From Mytilus edulis (Eukaryota): a stretch of DNA of 64,000 bases. The DNA lies in assembly GCF_963676685.1 (NCBI RefSeq), contig NC_092353.1:17236001-17300000 (forward strand), written 5' to 3'. Position 1 is the stretch's first letter, and each line of letters opens with the position of its first letter. Shown piece by piece: positions 41,733 to 54,908 of this stretch. The translations under genes were made by a program, and so were the position numbers. Below the pieces are notes generated by a model. The model saw only the letters and a list, made by a program, of their open reading frames with translations. It did not search any database and had not been told where the DNA came from.

Positions 41733-43637
41733 ATGGAGTATCGAGGAGGAAATCAACTATATCCAGAGATTAACTATGGATCTACCAATGTCACTTCTCA
41801 ACAACCTCAAAGTTACTACCATCGATCACCGTCTTCACAATCTAACTTGCCTAACCAACCCATTGTCCAGCAACCTCAAATGCAGAATAATCCTCTAATG
41901 GTCACAGGCTTTGAAGGGCATAGGGAGTGGACCACAGATCTGTTTGACTGTTGTGCAGAGCCAAATACATGTATGTTTTAAATTTTTATGACAAAAAATT
42001 CAAACAGGTCAACATCAGACATACGATAATCTATCATTTGATAATAATTTAATGCAACTTCATAATATACGTCTTATATTTATTTTGCAATACAAATTGT
42101 CATTCATAATAGCTCTCTAAAATATAGTCAAGAACAAATGAAATTATTTCACTGTTGTGGTAATTGAAAACATATCAAATTATATTTATATGTATTGAAC
42201 GACTATCTTTATTGAACGGATGTTTTACCTACAGTATCAACAACACATAATGACTTTTATTTATCCTACTTTGTATTTATATATTTTGTATCTTTTTTCA
42301 GTTTTACTCACTTGTATGTGTTACCCCTGTTCTATTTGCTATTTGGGATCACGAATAGGAGAAAATATGTGTATGCCCTTATGTGTTCCTGCAAGTGACA
42401 TAACCCTTCGAAACAAAATAAGAACTGTTGGTGGAATCAAGGTAATCATTACAAAACTGTCTTGAGATAATTTATTCATGGTGAACTCTTTACAGATTCA
42501 ATAGAAAAAAAAGTTTGCTACTAGTATTTTTGATGAACTAATAATTAAATGTTGAATCCAGGAAAACAAGAATCGTAAATAACTGTACAATTATTTTTTC
42601 TTTCTCTGGAATAGATTACATTAGCTGTATTTGTCAAAACTTTAAAGAATTTGTGGTCCTCGATGCTCTTCAAAATCTTGCTTTAATTGACCTTTTAAAC
42701 TTTTTTGAACCGAACGTCACTGATAAGTCTTTTGTAGACGAAACGCGTCTGGCGTAAATACATTATTTCAATCCTGGTATCTATGATAAGTTAGTTCATA
42801 ATGTCATATTCAACCATTTGCTTAATATTTTATACTGATTTGCTTAAAAAAAGTTATTGTACAGCTGTTAGAGATGGAAATATAGAGCCTAAAAATTGAG
42901 TATTCATAAAACATATCTGGTAGTTTTACTGGATTTTTCTATATGTGTTTAAATATTGTATATTGTGATTAAAAAGAATGACAGTGAATTATTAAATTTC
43001 ACGTTTTAATGAATTATCCTAAACAAGAATCGTAAATAACTGTACAATTATTTTTTCTTTCTCTGAAATAGATTACATTAGCTGTATTTGTCAAAACTTT
43101 TTTGATCCGAACGTCACTGATGAGTCTTTTGTAGACGAAACGCGTCTGGCGTAAATACAAAATTTCAATCCTGGTATCTATGATAAGTTAATACATAATG
43201 TCATATTCAACCATGTCATATCCACGAGTTTCACTTCAGTTTGAATTAGACACTTCGATATCAGTTAATTAATCTCGTAGCAGAACATATGCAACATGAT
43301 TGGAAATTTGCTTAATATTTTATACTGATTTGCTGTAAGAGATGAAAATAAAGAGCCTAAAAATTGAGTATTCATAAAACATATCTGGTAGTTTTACTGG
43401 TTTTTTCTATTTGTGTTTAAATATTGTATATTGTGATTAAAAGGAATGACAGTGAATTGTGAAATTTCACGTTTTAATGAATTATTCTAAACAAATCTAC
43501 ATCTTATATTTTAGTTTTACAGTAACTCTTTTCTATTACAGGGCTCGATGTGCAACGACTGTGCAACAGTATTATTTTGTGGTCAATGTGCCGCCTGTCA
43601 AGAACATAGAGAACTGACTAACATGGGCGTGCCATAG
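41733..43637 (+). CDS. Cornifelin/PLAC8-family protein, copy 3 (157 aa)
   Basis: Exons 41733-41970, 42302-42441 and 43542-43637. WTTDLFDCCAEP, CMCYPC, GSMCNDC...CGQCAACQEHRELTNMGVP*. Confidence 0.9.
42564..43493. repeat. Tandem duplication of ~460 bp within intron 2 of copy 3
   Basis: aaacaagaatcgtaaataactgtac starts at 42564 and again at 43021. The two units are colinear with indels, and each has a hammerhead. Confidence 0.85.
43111..43152 (+). ncRNA. Minimal type I hammerhead, intact core, shortened palindromic stem III
   Basis: ACGUCA-CUGAUGA-GUCUuuuguAGAC-GAAA-CgcGUC-UGGCGU. The sister copy at 42714-42755 has CUGAUAA. Confidence 0.72.
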
Positions 43638-46445
43638 ATACTGGTGCTTATATTTCTAAAGCAATGTAAACCTGGATTAACATAATTTCAGAACAATGTC
43701 ATATTACTTAGTATGATAATTAAAAAACGAATACAAACTGTTGTTTAACTTTTTATATATAGATCGATCTTTTAAAAGTATTGGCCTGATGGTTATCGGA
43801 ATTTCGTTTTGTCCTTAATTCCATTCTGCTTAAAACATTCCGACGTCTGAAATTGAGTTTTGTTATTGTCGAATACGCTTACAAACAGTATGATATTATA
43901 GTTTGACTGGGTCAGACGGTTGGTTTTCTTTATTGAATTAAACAAACATCATCACAAAAGATGTAGTTTCGATCAATTATGAACTAACCTGTTGATAATT
44001 ATCATTGAATCAGGTAACAAAGCTCCCACAACAAATGACTGAACACCACGAACATATCGGGAGTGATCTCTTTTGTACTAAAAGGGAATCAGACCCTGCC
44101 TGGTGCACATGTGCCAACTGTCGTAGAATTATGATTCAATCATGTGTAACTCCTGTGAGAGCAACTTCGGTGAGGTCATTAAAGGAAAAGGGGACGGAAT
44201 TGATGTATAAAACATATCCGTCGTCATCTAGGAAAAATAACGACCAACCAACTCGTGAGTGAGTACGTAAAGATTACTCCAATTTCACTACTTAGAACCC
44301 ATGATTTACATAGGTTCCCTTTTCAAGAAAACACAAATTTGAAATATAGCTATAACTAGAAAACATATACATTGTACTCCTTATGCTGGCATTGGTGGAA
44401 TTTTGCTACATGGACATGTTCATAATGTGGAAGCTGAAAGGATTTTTTTTGGCCGTAAAGTGTTGTTCTAAAAAAAAACTCGCTTTGTTTATTTATACAT
44501 TTGAGTCAAGATATGAGGCAAGTTCACCGTATCAGTGGAATCCTATATTTTCAGTTTGATGGGATATGTGCGTTCAACATAGTCTATCAACTCATCATTT
44601 AGTGACTGGGTATCATTTATATCGACTTGATTTTATAGGAGAATGCAATGTCCTTTTCATTCTTACTAAGTACTTCTATATTAAGTCTGCTCCGTGTAAA
44701 TGAACGAACAAACACGCAAGAATATGAGCATAGTTAGTTAACAGAGAAATGCCGATTGGTTTTTTAATGAATGTCTTTAAAAGGTAATAAAATTTAATAA
44801 TCAAGAATTCAACTATCTTGATGATGCCAGTTTCAGAGATAGTTTTTATCAGAGGCGGGATTCAGCTGATTATTAAAAGAAAATGTATACTTCTTCAGCG
44901 AAAATGAACGTCAAAATAAACTCTTAAATCTTATGAACTATATTATATCTGTTCATATTTTTCGTTTTCCAATTTGAGCCACAACACGCGATCTTGAAGC
45001 AAGTATGATGTAAACACAGTAGAAAATAAAGCTTTTGTTTTATATGTAAAAGCATACTTATTGTTGAATAAAGTGCTCATTGGTCCTATTTATGAGATCA
45101 CAATTTTAAGGTCACAAATATTATTTTTCCATCAATACTAAGTGAACATGATTTTAATAAGAAAAACAATTACATAACTTATGTTTGCAGTTAGTTTTCT
45201 TTTGTACTATTTGTCAGTACTTATTTCATCGATGTTTATTTTTATTGTAAATGAGTTGTCCAATGACTTTACATCGTTGATATATTATCGGTCATACTTG
45301 ATATGATTATATGTTTTAATCAGTTCTCGTCATAAATAAATGTAACAGTAGTATACCGCTGTTCAATACTAATAAAACGATTAAGTGGAAACAAATCGTG
45401 GTCACGAACCAAACCCGAGGTAAACACATAACATATAAGAGGGAAGCAATGGAACACCAGAAACACTGATCTGCAAAAAAAAAACCAAACGCCAACATAA
45501 ATTTATAAATATGTGCAACAACATTCAAGAGCAATGCCAAATTGAGACATTTATGTACGCCACAGACGTATTTCTATTGGATACATATCAATGATTTATT
45601 AGCAATTTAATTTATTGTGCCTAGTTCCGTTAAATCCAGAAAGGATGAACCATAATTAATACGATGTTATTTTTCTATTTTCTAATCTATATTAGCAGTA
45701 GCTAAAACGTAGTGAAAATATTCAATATCCCGACAAAAATGACATAATAAGCATTCTGAATATCGAACTAATATATATTTATGAGACTCCAGAAGTGTCC
45801 TTCATTATGTACACACAAAACACATAATGTATGACTACTTTTCACAGGAGCACTTCGAATGTTGTGATGTTCCAATACACAGTCGTGTCCAAATGATTTA
45901 AATTAAGTAATGTTGCAAAAATACCGAACTCTAAGAAAAATTCAATCTTTTTTCTGTTGCTCTCGGGTACCAGGATCTCCTTATCATCACAGGCACAAAT
46001 GATCAGCCCTGAAACGGCTGCAGCCATGTTGCTCATCATTGGGTTTTTTGTTGTGTTTCAGACAGTTGTTTGCCTTTTCGTCAACCTTTATTACTATTAT
46101 AGACGACTGACTTTCAGCATAAACGTTTTAAAAGTAATCAAAGGTACCATACTTATAATTCAATACGCCAAGCGCGCGTTTCGTCTACATAAGACTCATC
46201 AGTAACGCTCAGATCAAAATAGTTATAAAGCCAAACAAGTACAAAGTTGTAGAGCATTGAGGACCCTAAATTCCAAAAACTTGTGCCAAATACAGCTACG
46301 GCAATTTATGACTGGGATAAGACATCCTAAGTATTTCGATAAAAAGTAAAATCACATAAAAACTGAACTCCAAGATTTCAAAACGGAAAGTCCCTAATCA
46401 AATGGCAAAATCAAATTTATAACACATCAAACGAATGGACAACAT

Positions 46446-46541
46446 CTGTCATATCCCTGACTTGGTACAGGCATTTTCAAATGTAGAAAATGATTGATTG
46501 AACCTGGTTTTATAGAGCTAAACGTCTCACTTGTATGATAG
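46446..46541 (-). ncRNA. Twister-like motif, family B, partly degenerate
   Basis: Reverse complement: cuaucau..gugaGAcGU..aaaccagguuCAAucaauc auuuuc..gaaaau GCCUG UACCAAGU CAGG gau augacag. Confidence 0.5.
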
Positions 46542-48031
46542 TCGCTTTTAAATGCCGTTTTATTAACAACGATGTGTGAACAAAACAAAAATTTTTGCAA
46601 CTATCAAATCCCAATTTAAAGCTTCAATTCTTCAAATACAGCAGTTTATTACCGATTTTAATGCATTACAAAAGAAATAGTAGTCAGTACGCTAGATCTT
46701 AAAACAAATCTACAAATTTGATAAATAATAAAATTCCGAGAAACTTCATGTATAATAAATACACATAAACGCCATGGGTATACGTGACGTCTTCAACATG
46801 GAAAAGTTCAAACTTGATGTTACTACGGTACTTCTACGATTTAGATTTAGATTAACAGTGACAAATCATTCGACTGGAAGTCGAACACATTATTTATTTT
46901 CATTGGCACAGTAACAGTATATTTGCTTGGTCAAGCGCTATTTCCCGATCGTTCAACACTCTATATTGTTATGTCTTTTGTTAACTGTAGCCTATTGTGA
47001 AAGCTGATTAATTCTGATATAATTAAACGTTAACTTATTATTCAATAAGTTGGTTTTTTTTTAGATACTAGTTCAAGTTATAATGAACCTTTTCATTCAT
47101 TGGATAAAGAAAGGAAAGTACAAATGTAGTTTAAAATGTGTTAAATATTTGATTGATATTTCACTAGATTTTGAAACTAGTGTTATCACCCAACAAACAC
47201 TATTGAGCAATACATACTGATAAAAGATACATAGACATTGTTAAAGTACACCTATCTTCATAAAGGCAAATTTAGATAAAATTGTTTACATAAAATCTCG
47301 TGATAATTACACAAATCATGCATATATATACCTTAAAACGTGTATGGTCAAATTAGTTAGGTGATACCTCAGCAAGACGTTCCCAGGTAAACTATAATAC
47401 TAAAACAATTATTGCAGCCAGACTTCACCATGAAAAAAAGAAGTTATTTTGTTAAGGTTTTCTTATTTGACCGCAAAATATGTTTTTTAGGTGGTGTTTC
47501 AACAGAAATCCCTATTGAACAATTATTATCAACGAAAAACAACCGCAATTTTTTTTTTACAGATGACTTAAACGCGTAACAAAATTATTGACCAATAATG
47601 TTGTACAATTGTCTACTATTTTGATAAATTGAATCAAAGGGTGATAAGGTCTACACATATTGCGTTTTGTTACCAACAAAATAGCATATGTTATTATATT
47701 TACAACATAAGAAAATAGATTTTTACTTTTCTTTTTTCTATTTTTTTATTTGTGATATTAGTTCAATGACAACTTTAATGTAGATTTTATCTCACCATAA
47801 TTGGTCAAGACGTATTATTATCCATAACTATGTCACAAGTTAAATACCGGATTAACATTTTCTGGATAGGGGATGTTTAGACTTATGGTATGATTATGTT
47901 ACAGATACGTCTTTGTCGGAGATCTATTGTATTTTCTCAATATACACACTAAACTATGCACTTATGTTTCGGAAGAAGAACTTCAATATTTTATCAGTAG
48001 AAGCTATCTTACTTTTCATAGATTATCAAAT

Positions 48032-49922
48032 ATGAGTACTGAGGAAACAAAGAAACCTCTTTATCCAGAGGTAAACTATGGTTCAACCCAACCACCACCA
48101 TACAACCAACCAGTGGTCAATCAACCACAGCTTCAAAATAATCCTTTGATGGTCACATCTTTTGAAGGACACAGGGAGTGGACTACAGGACTGTTTGACT
48201 GTTTAGCTGATCCAGCAACATGTAAGTCATTACAAGTCTTATTTGACAGATTCTTTGGATGTTTTCTTTCATTTCAACTGAGTTAGTAAACTAGCTTAAG
48301 TCATTCAACATACTCATTTAAAATCCAAAAAACCAAATTAAAATAAAATACAACAAAAAAGGAAAGAAAAAATCCCACACCAAATGATCGGTACAATACC
48401 GTAAGCATATCTGAGCTTTGTCATTCTTTACAATTGATTCTTGGTAAGAAAAATATTATTTGATAAATTTGATACCGTAAAAGATCCTTTCTATACAAAC
48501 TCGTTGTGTTGAAAACAATTTTCATAAACACTTCAGTAGATATTCGACCAAAAGCAGACTAAGATCATAGCCAAGTCTCCGGATGTTTAATTTTGTCGGA
48601 GTAAGTAGAACCTTAGTTACTCAATGACTTAATTATTATTCTCTCAATGGATAATTCAATAAAGATATGTTGTAAAAATTACCATTCTATTTTTATTTTT
48701 GAAGTATTATGTTGGTTTGGAATATTACAGAAAATAGTAACACTGAAAATGCATCATTTTCTCACACTTGTATATTTCAGGTTTGCTAACATGCATGTGT
48801 CATCCTTGTTCTTTGTGCTACCTTGGGTCCAGAATGGGAGAACATTTCTGCATGCCAATGTGCGTTCCTGCCAGTAATATCACCATTCGAAACAAAATAA
48901 GAACCGTAGGTGGAATTAGGGTAAGGAAGCAAAGCTTTATACTGAATTTTAAAATCCCTCCGCTAAATCGAATGATATTGTTAGATACGACTAAATGATT
49001 TATTTGAATATATATTTGCAAACTAGCTTTACCAACAACTGTATTACTAAAGACATATTTCTCAAAAAATAGTTAAACTGTGATTACAATGTTTTGGATT
49101 AGAATGATAATTTATTGTTCCTGGAATGTTTTGGATTAGAATGATAATTTATTGTTCCTGGAATAGACAATGAACCTTAATCTAACAGCAATTACTCAAC
49201 CTTATACATATCACATGACCAAAACAATAGAAATAATTTATCTTGGTTCATCCTGATTCATCTGTTTAACTCAGATTTAAAACAAAACACAGTTGCTGAA
49301 TGAAATATCAAAATATTTACAGTTTATAACCGAAGATAAACAACATCTTCGTACCTTTAAATGATGTGTTAACTTTCCTGTATATTTTATTTTTATTGTA
49401 TCATTTATCTAATGTTGAGTCTTCTTGTTACATATTAGTATTATCGTCTAAGTGTTACAAAGTACAGCAATGAATCATGAAAGTAAATATTGTTTTGTCT
49501 AGAGGTGTATTATTTCCAATTTGTGTAGACTCTCAACCGTTATGCATGTACTTATAACAAGACTAATCTCAACTATCAATATGAAAAAATAAGAAGATGT
49601 GGTATGATTGTCAATGTGACAACTTTTCACCAGCGACCAAATGACATAGAAGTTAACATATATGTCACCGTAAAGCCTTCAATAATGAGTAAACATTGAT
49701 ACCGCATATTACATCCTTTTCCAAATGAAGCTTTACAATTAAAAAGTTATATAAGCTTATTGCGTTATCCTTGATGACTTTGACTTTTAAACTACCTCAT
49801 TTTTAATGTGTTGTTTCATATTATAGGGAACCATGTGCACAGATTGCGTTACAGCTACATTTTGTGGTCTTTGTTCCACATGCCAGGATCACAGAGAACT
49901 TACAAATATGGGTATCCCATAA
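48032..49922 (+). CDS. Cornifelin/PLAC8-family protein, copy 4 (141 aa)
   Basis: Exons 48032-48221, 48781-48920 and 49827-49922. [25 protein letters not shown]...CGLCSTCQDHRELTNMGIP*. Confidence 0.9.
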
Positions 49923-50688
49923 AACATATAAGTTTAACAGTTTATACTATGTATCGCACTGAGACAACGATGTATTATTACCGTTTCACATGTATGATAT
50001 GTGAAGTAATTTACACATCAAACGTATTAAACACAAAGTGAGAATTGATATGTCTTACTACAGTATGTAGCATATTATTGCAAACATTAAATTTTCTTTG
50101 ATGTGGTTTGTTGCTATATCTTAGAATGCAAAGTGTTTGAACCAAAAGCCAACAGAGCAGATCGGCGGATATATACAAAATAACATTGTTTGTTTTATTG
50201 TTTTTATTATTTTACATTTCAAATTGTGTCGATTAAAAAGAATATATCGTGTTTCTTAAAATGTATTCATTAAATCAACTGTAATTTAGTTTTCAGTGGT
50301 AAACATGACGAATATCACTACTGGCTCATGGATGAATCGTTGAATCTGTAAAAGTAAAATGTCTGCTTTCCGTTGGTATAAATTATGTTTAACTTGAATA
50401 ACCCTGATCACTTCTAAAATAACATAGCAATTTATGCATCAATTCAACTGGACCCAAGCAAAAGCTACAATCACTTTACTTGACATATATCAGTATGACT
50501 AAATAAAGGCAACAGTTGTATACCGCTGTTCAACAGTCATAAATTGATTCAACGAAAACAAATCCGGGTCATAAACCAAAACCGAGGGAAACACATTAGC
50601 TATAAGAAGAAAACAATTGAACAATAAAAACACTGAACTGCAACAATACATACTCCCACATACATAGAAACAGACTGCTTGATAACAA

Positions 50689-50782
50689 CTACCATATTCC
50701 TGACTTGGTACATGACATTCAGGAAAAAATGGTGAGTTGAACCTGGTTTTGTGGCTAGCCAAACCTTCCGCTTGCATGGCAG
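50689..50782 (-). ncRNA. Twister-like motif, family B
   Basis: Reverse complement: CUGCCAU gcaagc ggaaGGU uuggcuagcca caaaaccagguu CAA cucACc..ugucaug UACCAAGU CAGG aau AUGGUAG. The 7-bp P5 pairs fully. Confidence 0.55.
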
Positions 50783-52171
50783 CGTTCAAAATACTGCTAA
50801 AATGACAACATTACGTGACAGGAATACAGTAAAAATAAAAGTGTAACAATCAGAAACGTGTCCTTCCCCACAAACGTGTTCGATTCCCCCAAACGTGTCC
50901 ACATAACGTCACTGAACAGCAAAAATGTCTAAATGTAAAAGGGCGCCACAGCGTGTCATTTGTATAAACGCCCAAACGTGTAACTATAAAGAATTTTGTT
51001 ACTGGAACTATCATTCGTGTCCATTTTACAAATACGTAGGTTATTTGTTTTTCCTTTACGTATACTCATTTTACTATTCCTTAAAAAAATGGAAATAAAT
51101 TACTTTAGGCAGTATTATCCTGGTTAAAATGTCCGTTCGAGATTTTGTCCTGTTTTCCCTCCAGTTGCCGAACCAGGCGGGCCACACCAAATTTGTTTTA
51201 TTTACCTAGCCCCAGAGATACATTATTGCCAAATTTGATGATTCTATTTTTTTTAAAAGTGTGGTTCCAATTTACACTCATGAGAAGTGCAAAGTAATCC
51301 AAGAACATGGTCTCATTAGCAACCATACCACATATATTTATACCTAGATATATTTAGTGTTAATGATCTGAAGAGAACCATCCGGTGTGTCTATTCTTTT
51401 CATTTCATTCAATGTGGACATAATCCCTGTATTTAATCGATGTGTTATAATCCGAACTAATGGTTTATTAAAGGCTATGTTGGATGTAAATGTAGGCAGC
51501 CATGCTCAGTTAAATTGTGGGTATTAAATCAGATACCTCGTGTAGATGAATATCTAATTATCTGCGCATAAATAAAGGCAACAGTAGTTTACCGCTGTTC
51601 AAAACTCTTAAATCGATGTACAAAAAACAAAATCGGGGTAACAAACTAAAACTGAGGGAAACGCATTAAATATAAGAGGAGAACAGCGACACAACATTAA
51701 AATGTAACCCACACAGAAACGGACTTAGTATAAGACAAAATCCGAATTAAAAATGAAGTAGTTTAAAAGTCAAAGTCATCAAGGATAACGCAATAAGCTT
51801 ATATAACTTTTTAATTGTAAAGCTTCATTTGGAAAAGGATGTAATATGCGGTATCAATGTTTACTCATTATTGAAGGCTGTACGGTGACATATATGTTAA
51901 CTTCTATGTCATTTGGTCGCTGGTGAAAAGTTGTCACATTGACAATCATACCACATCTTCTTATTTTTTCATATTGATAGTTGAGATTAGTCTTGTTATA
52001 AGTACATGCATAACGGTTGAGAGTCTACACAAAACCAAATACATGAATTTGGGATAGAAAAGTACCATGACACGTCTTATAGTAATGTGAATTCACACTC
52101 AAATATAAGAGAAAACAAACGACACAACGTTAAAACTTAACACACACAGAAACGAACTATAATATAACAAT

Positions 52172-52270
52172 GGTCATATTCCTGACTTGGTACAGGACAT
52201 TTTATAAAGAAAAAAATTGATGGGTTAAACCTGGTTTTATGGCATGCCAAACCTCCCGCTTTAATAGCAA
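52172..52270 (-). ncRNA. Twister-like motif, family B
   Basis: Reverse complement: gcuau..gcGGGAGGU uuggcaugcca uaaaaccagguu UAA CCC auc auuu..aaau guCCUG UACCAAGU CAGG aauaugac. A degenerate hammerhead lies ~130 nt upstream on the same strand (52398-52442). Confidence 0.6.
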
Positions 52271-53595
52271 TGATAAATATAACATAAAAATGACAACATA
52301 ACATTACAAGGCTACAATACAAATAAATAGGAGAACATATTAGACACAGAAACACATGAATAATAGCTAACAATAGGCACCAGGTTGTAAATTCAATACG
52401 CCAGAAGCGCGCCTCGTCCACACAAGACTTACAAGTGACGCCCAGATATAAAAGTTCGAAAGTCAAAACAAGTACAAAGTTGTACAGCACTGAGGATCAA
52501 AAATTCAAAAAGGTTGTGCCAAATACGGCTAAGGTTTTCTGCTTGGGATAAGAACATCCTTATTATTTAGAACAATTAATGCTATTGCAAACAGTAAATT
52601 TTATCAAATGAATATAAAAGATATACACAAAACTGAAGTATTAACTTAGTACAGAAAACAAAAACCGGATACATTACATAAACCAACACAAAAAATAGAC
52701 ACACCCGACTTAGTCAAGGCCTCAACGCAAAAAGTGAAAAACGAAGTGACGTCACATACGAAATGGTGGAAAGGCACACAAAATGACATCACATTTGAAA
52801 TTCTAAAACAGCACACAAAAAATGACGTCACATTTGAATGGGTAAAACTATTTCTCAAAAAGATAGAATTAGGATTGATTTAAGATTAACAAAATACTGA
52901 TATTACATTTAATAACAATGAAGATTGCAATACTTATTGATAGCAAATTGAGGTAGCAATTAACTATATTATATAACGTGAGGGTACCCAAATTGGACAT
53001 ATTTTTACAGTTTGTTTTACCTAGGTTTGTTTATGCTTCAGACAATAGTTTCCATTATGTGTTTATTTTGTAGATGTATCATTATTAACTATATGGTTTC
53101 ACCAATTTGAATCCATATGGAATCATAGAAAAATTGGTCTGAACATTCTATTGACCCCGAAACCATCAATGATTCTGTGATGAGGAGTACCCAAGTTGCA
53201 TCTTTGCTTAAATTCGCATCTCCAAAAGTCGAATAACAGAGCTTTTGTTTAATTTCTTCAAATATTTTGAACAATTGGATATTAGTTTTGAATCTAACTG
53301 CAAACGTAAAACATCGTACAAATAACGTTGAACCAAATCAAATCTAATTAATGAAGGCGGTGATTAATTTTCTTTACCATAACACATGAATATAATAGAA
53401 AAGACGCCAACACATTTGACAAAATTCGATGAGAATTACAAATATAACATCAAATTAAATACATGAATTTGGGGTAAACAAGTACCGTAACACGTCGTAT
53501 AGTAATGCGAGTTCACACTCAGCAAAACAGTCACAATCGGGAATAAGTCACGTTCGGTAATTACAAGATTAGACGACGTAATGACAAACCATAAT

Positions 53596-53865
53596 TTACC
53601 ATGTGGTAAAAATGTCCTTAGCTAGTTTGGTAAAAGACACATCGTATGGATCAACCAATTCGTGATGGTGTCCATAAAATTTACGGAGTGTCAATTTTAA
53701 TCTGTCCTCCTCATAACTATGTTGGAGAAGTTTCTGCGTAAGGAGCATACTCCTGTATATGAAGTCCATACAGTGTGAACAAGCACGAGAATAACGTATT
53801 AATTGAGATATGTAAACACCATACGAAGGAGCAGAGGGTATGTTACTGCTGAGAAATGGGAAAAT
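53596..53865 (-). mobile_element. Penelope-like element RT C-terminal fragment
   Basis: FPFLSSNIPSAPSYGVYISQLIRYSRAC...LTQKLLQHSYEEDRLKLTLRKFYGHHHELV...*. The ORF ends with no C-terminal endonuclease. Confidence 0.75.
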
Positions 53866-54429
53866 ATTAAAACCTTTGTAGCATTTCACTCTTTCATTGT
53901 GCCATCAGTTGCATTTTGGAAGCCAATATTTTTTTATTTTTTTTCCGCAACTTTTATTTGAAACGGTTTCTATTACATAATGGAGATTGAAGTTGTTTTT
54001 TACTGAAATCATAAAACCGGTCTTTACTCGATTTTAATTTTTTTTAGATGATAATCCCATCTAGTGTAATCACTAATAACTGTAAAACTTTATGCCCAAC
54101 CTAAAATTCCCGGAATGATAATAGAACCTGAAATATTTGTCACTGGACGTTATGTCTCTTATTCGTGTGTATTTAGTGATGGTCGAAACCGAAAATTTAT
54201 TTAAGAAAATGATAACCTGTTCATGATTTGAAGAGCTAGCTTTTAAAATACCAGAACTGTTGAAAAAAGTGAGGTCAATTCTGCTATTAGTCCGCCGTGC
54301 AAAATTCGGATTAATATAACAGTCATCATTGGAGTTTATTACAATGTAGTACAAAATAGTTCACTTAGTAAACGATTAATTCAACTGTACTAAAATATTT
54401 TTATGTTCGCTCTTAATGATAACAAAACC

Positions 54430-54908
54430 AATATTTATACCAATAAAAAAACAATATTCAATAATCTTATTACAGTGTTGAATTGGTAACCTTTTAGAAT
54501 AAGTTTATTTAAAGGAGCGATAAGTTCACAAGGATCATTTCTAAATTTCCGGTCACGGTTAACGACATTTCTGTAAAAATAAGGATATGCTATTCCGTTT
54601 TAAATAAGTTTTCTACAGGTACAACTTAACTTCAAATCAAATCTTTATATCTATGGAAAAATTTAGTTAAGGTTTTAAATAATTTATGGTAACGATATCG
54701 CTGCTTTAATAATTTGCCAGTAATACATAGGATGCGCTCGTTAAAATCAAAAACGTCATAACAGACACGGCATAGCGAACAAGCTGTGAAACGTAAACAC
54801 CGTGATATGGTGCCAAAAAACATCACCATCTAAAAATGGAAAATTAACAATAGGAAACGAAAAATCGTCCCTTTTGTCGTAAATTTTAGTGTGGAGTTTC
54901 CCGTTTAA
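54430..54908 (-). mobile_element. Penelope-like RT C-terminal fragment, paralog of the 63472-64000 copy
   Basis: GKLHTKIYDKRDDFSFPIVNFPFLDGDV...NERILCITGKLLKQRYRYHKLFKTLTKFFHRYKDL, with frameshifts. Confidence 0.75.
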
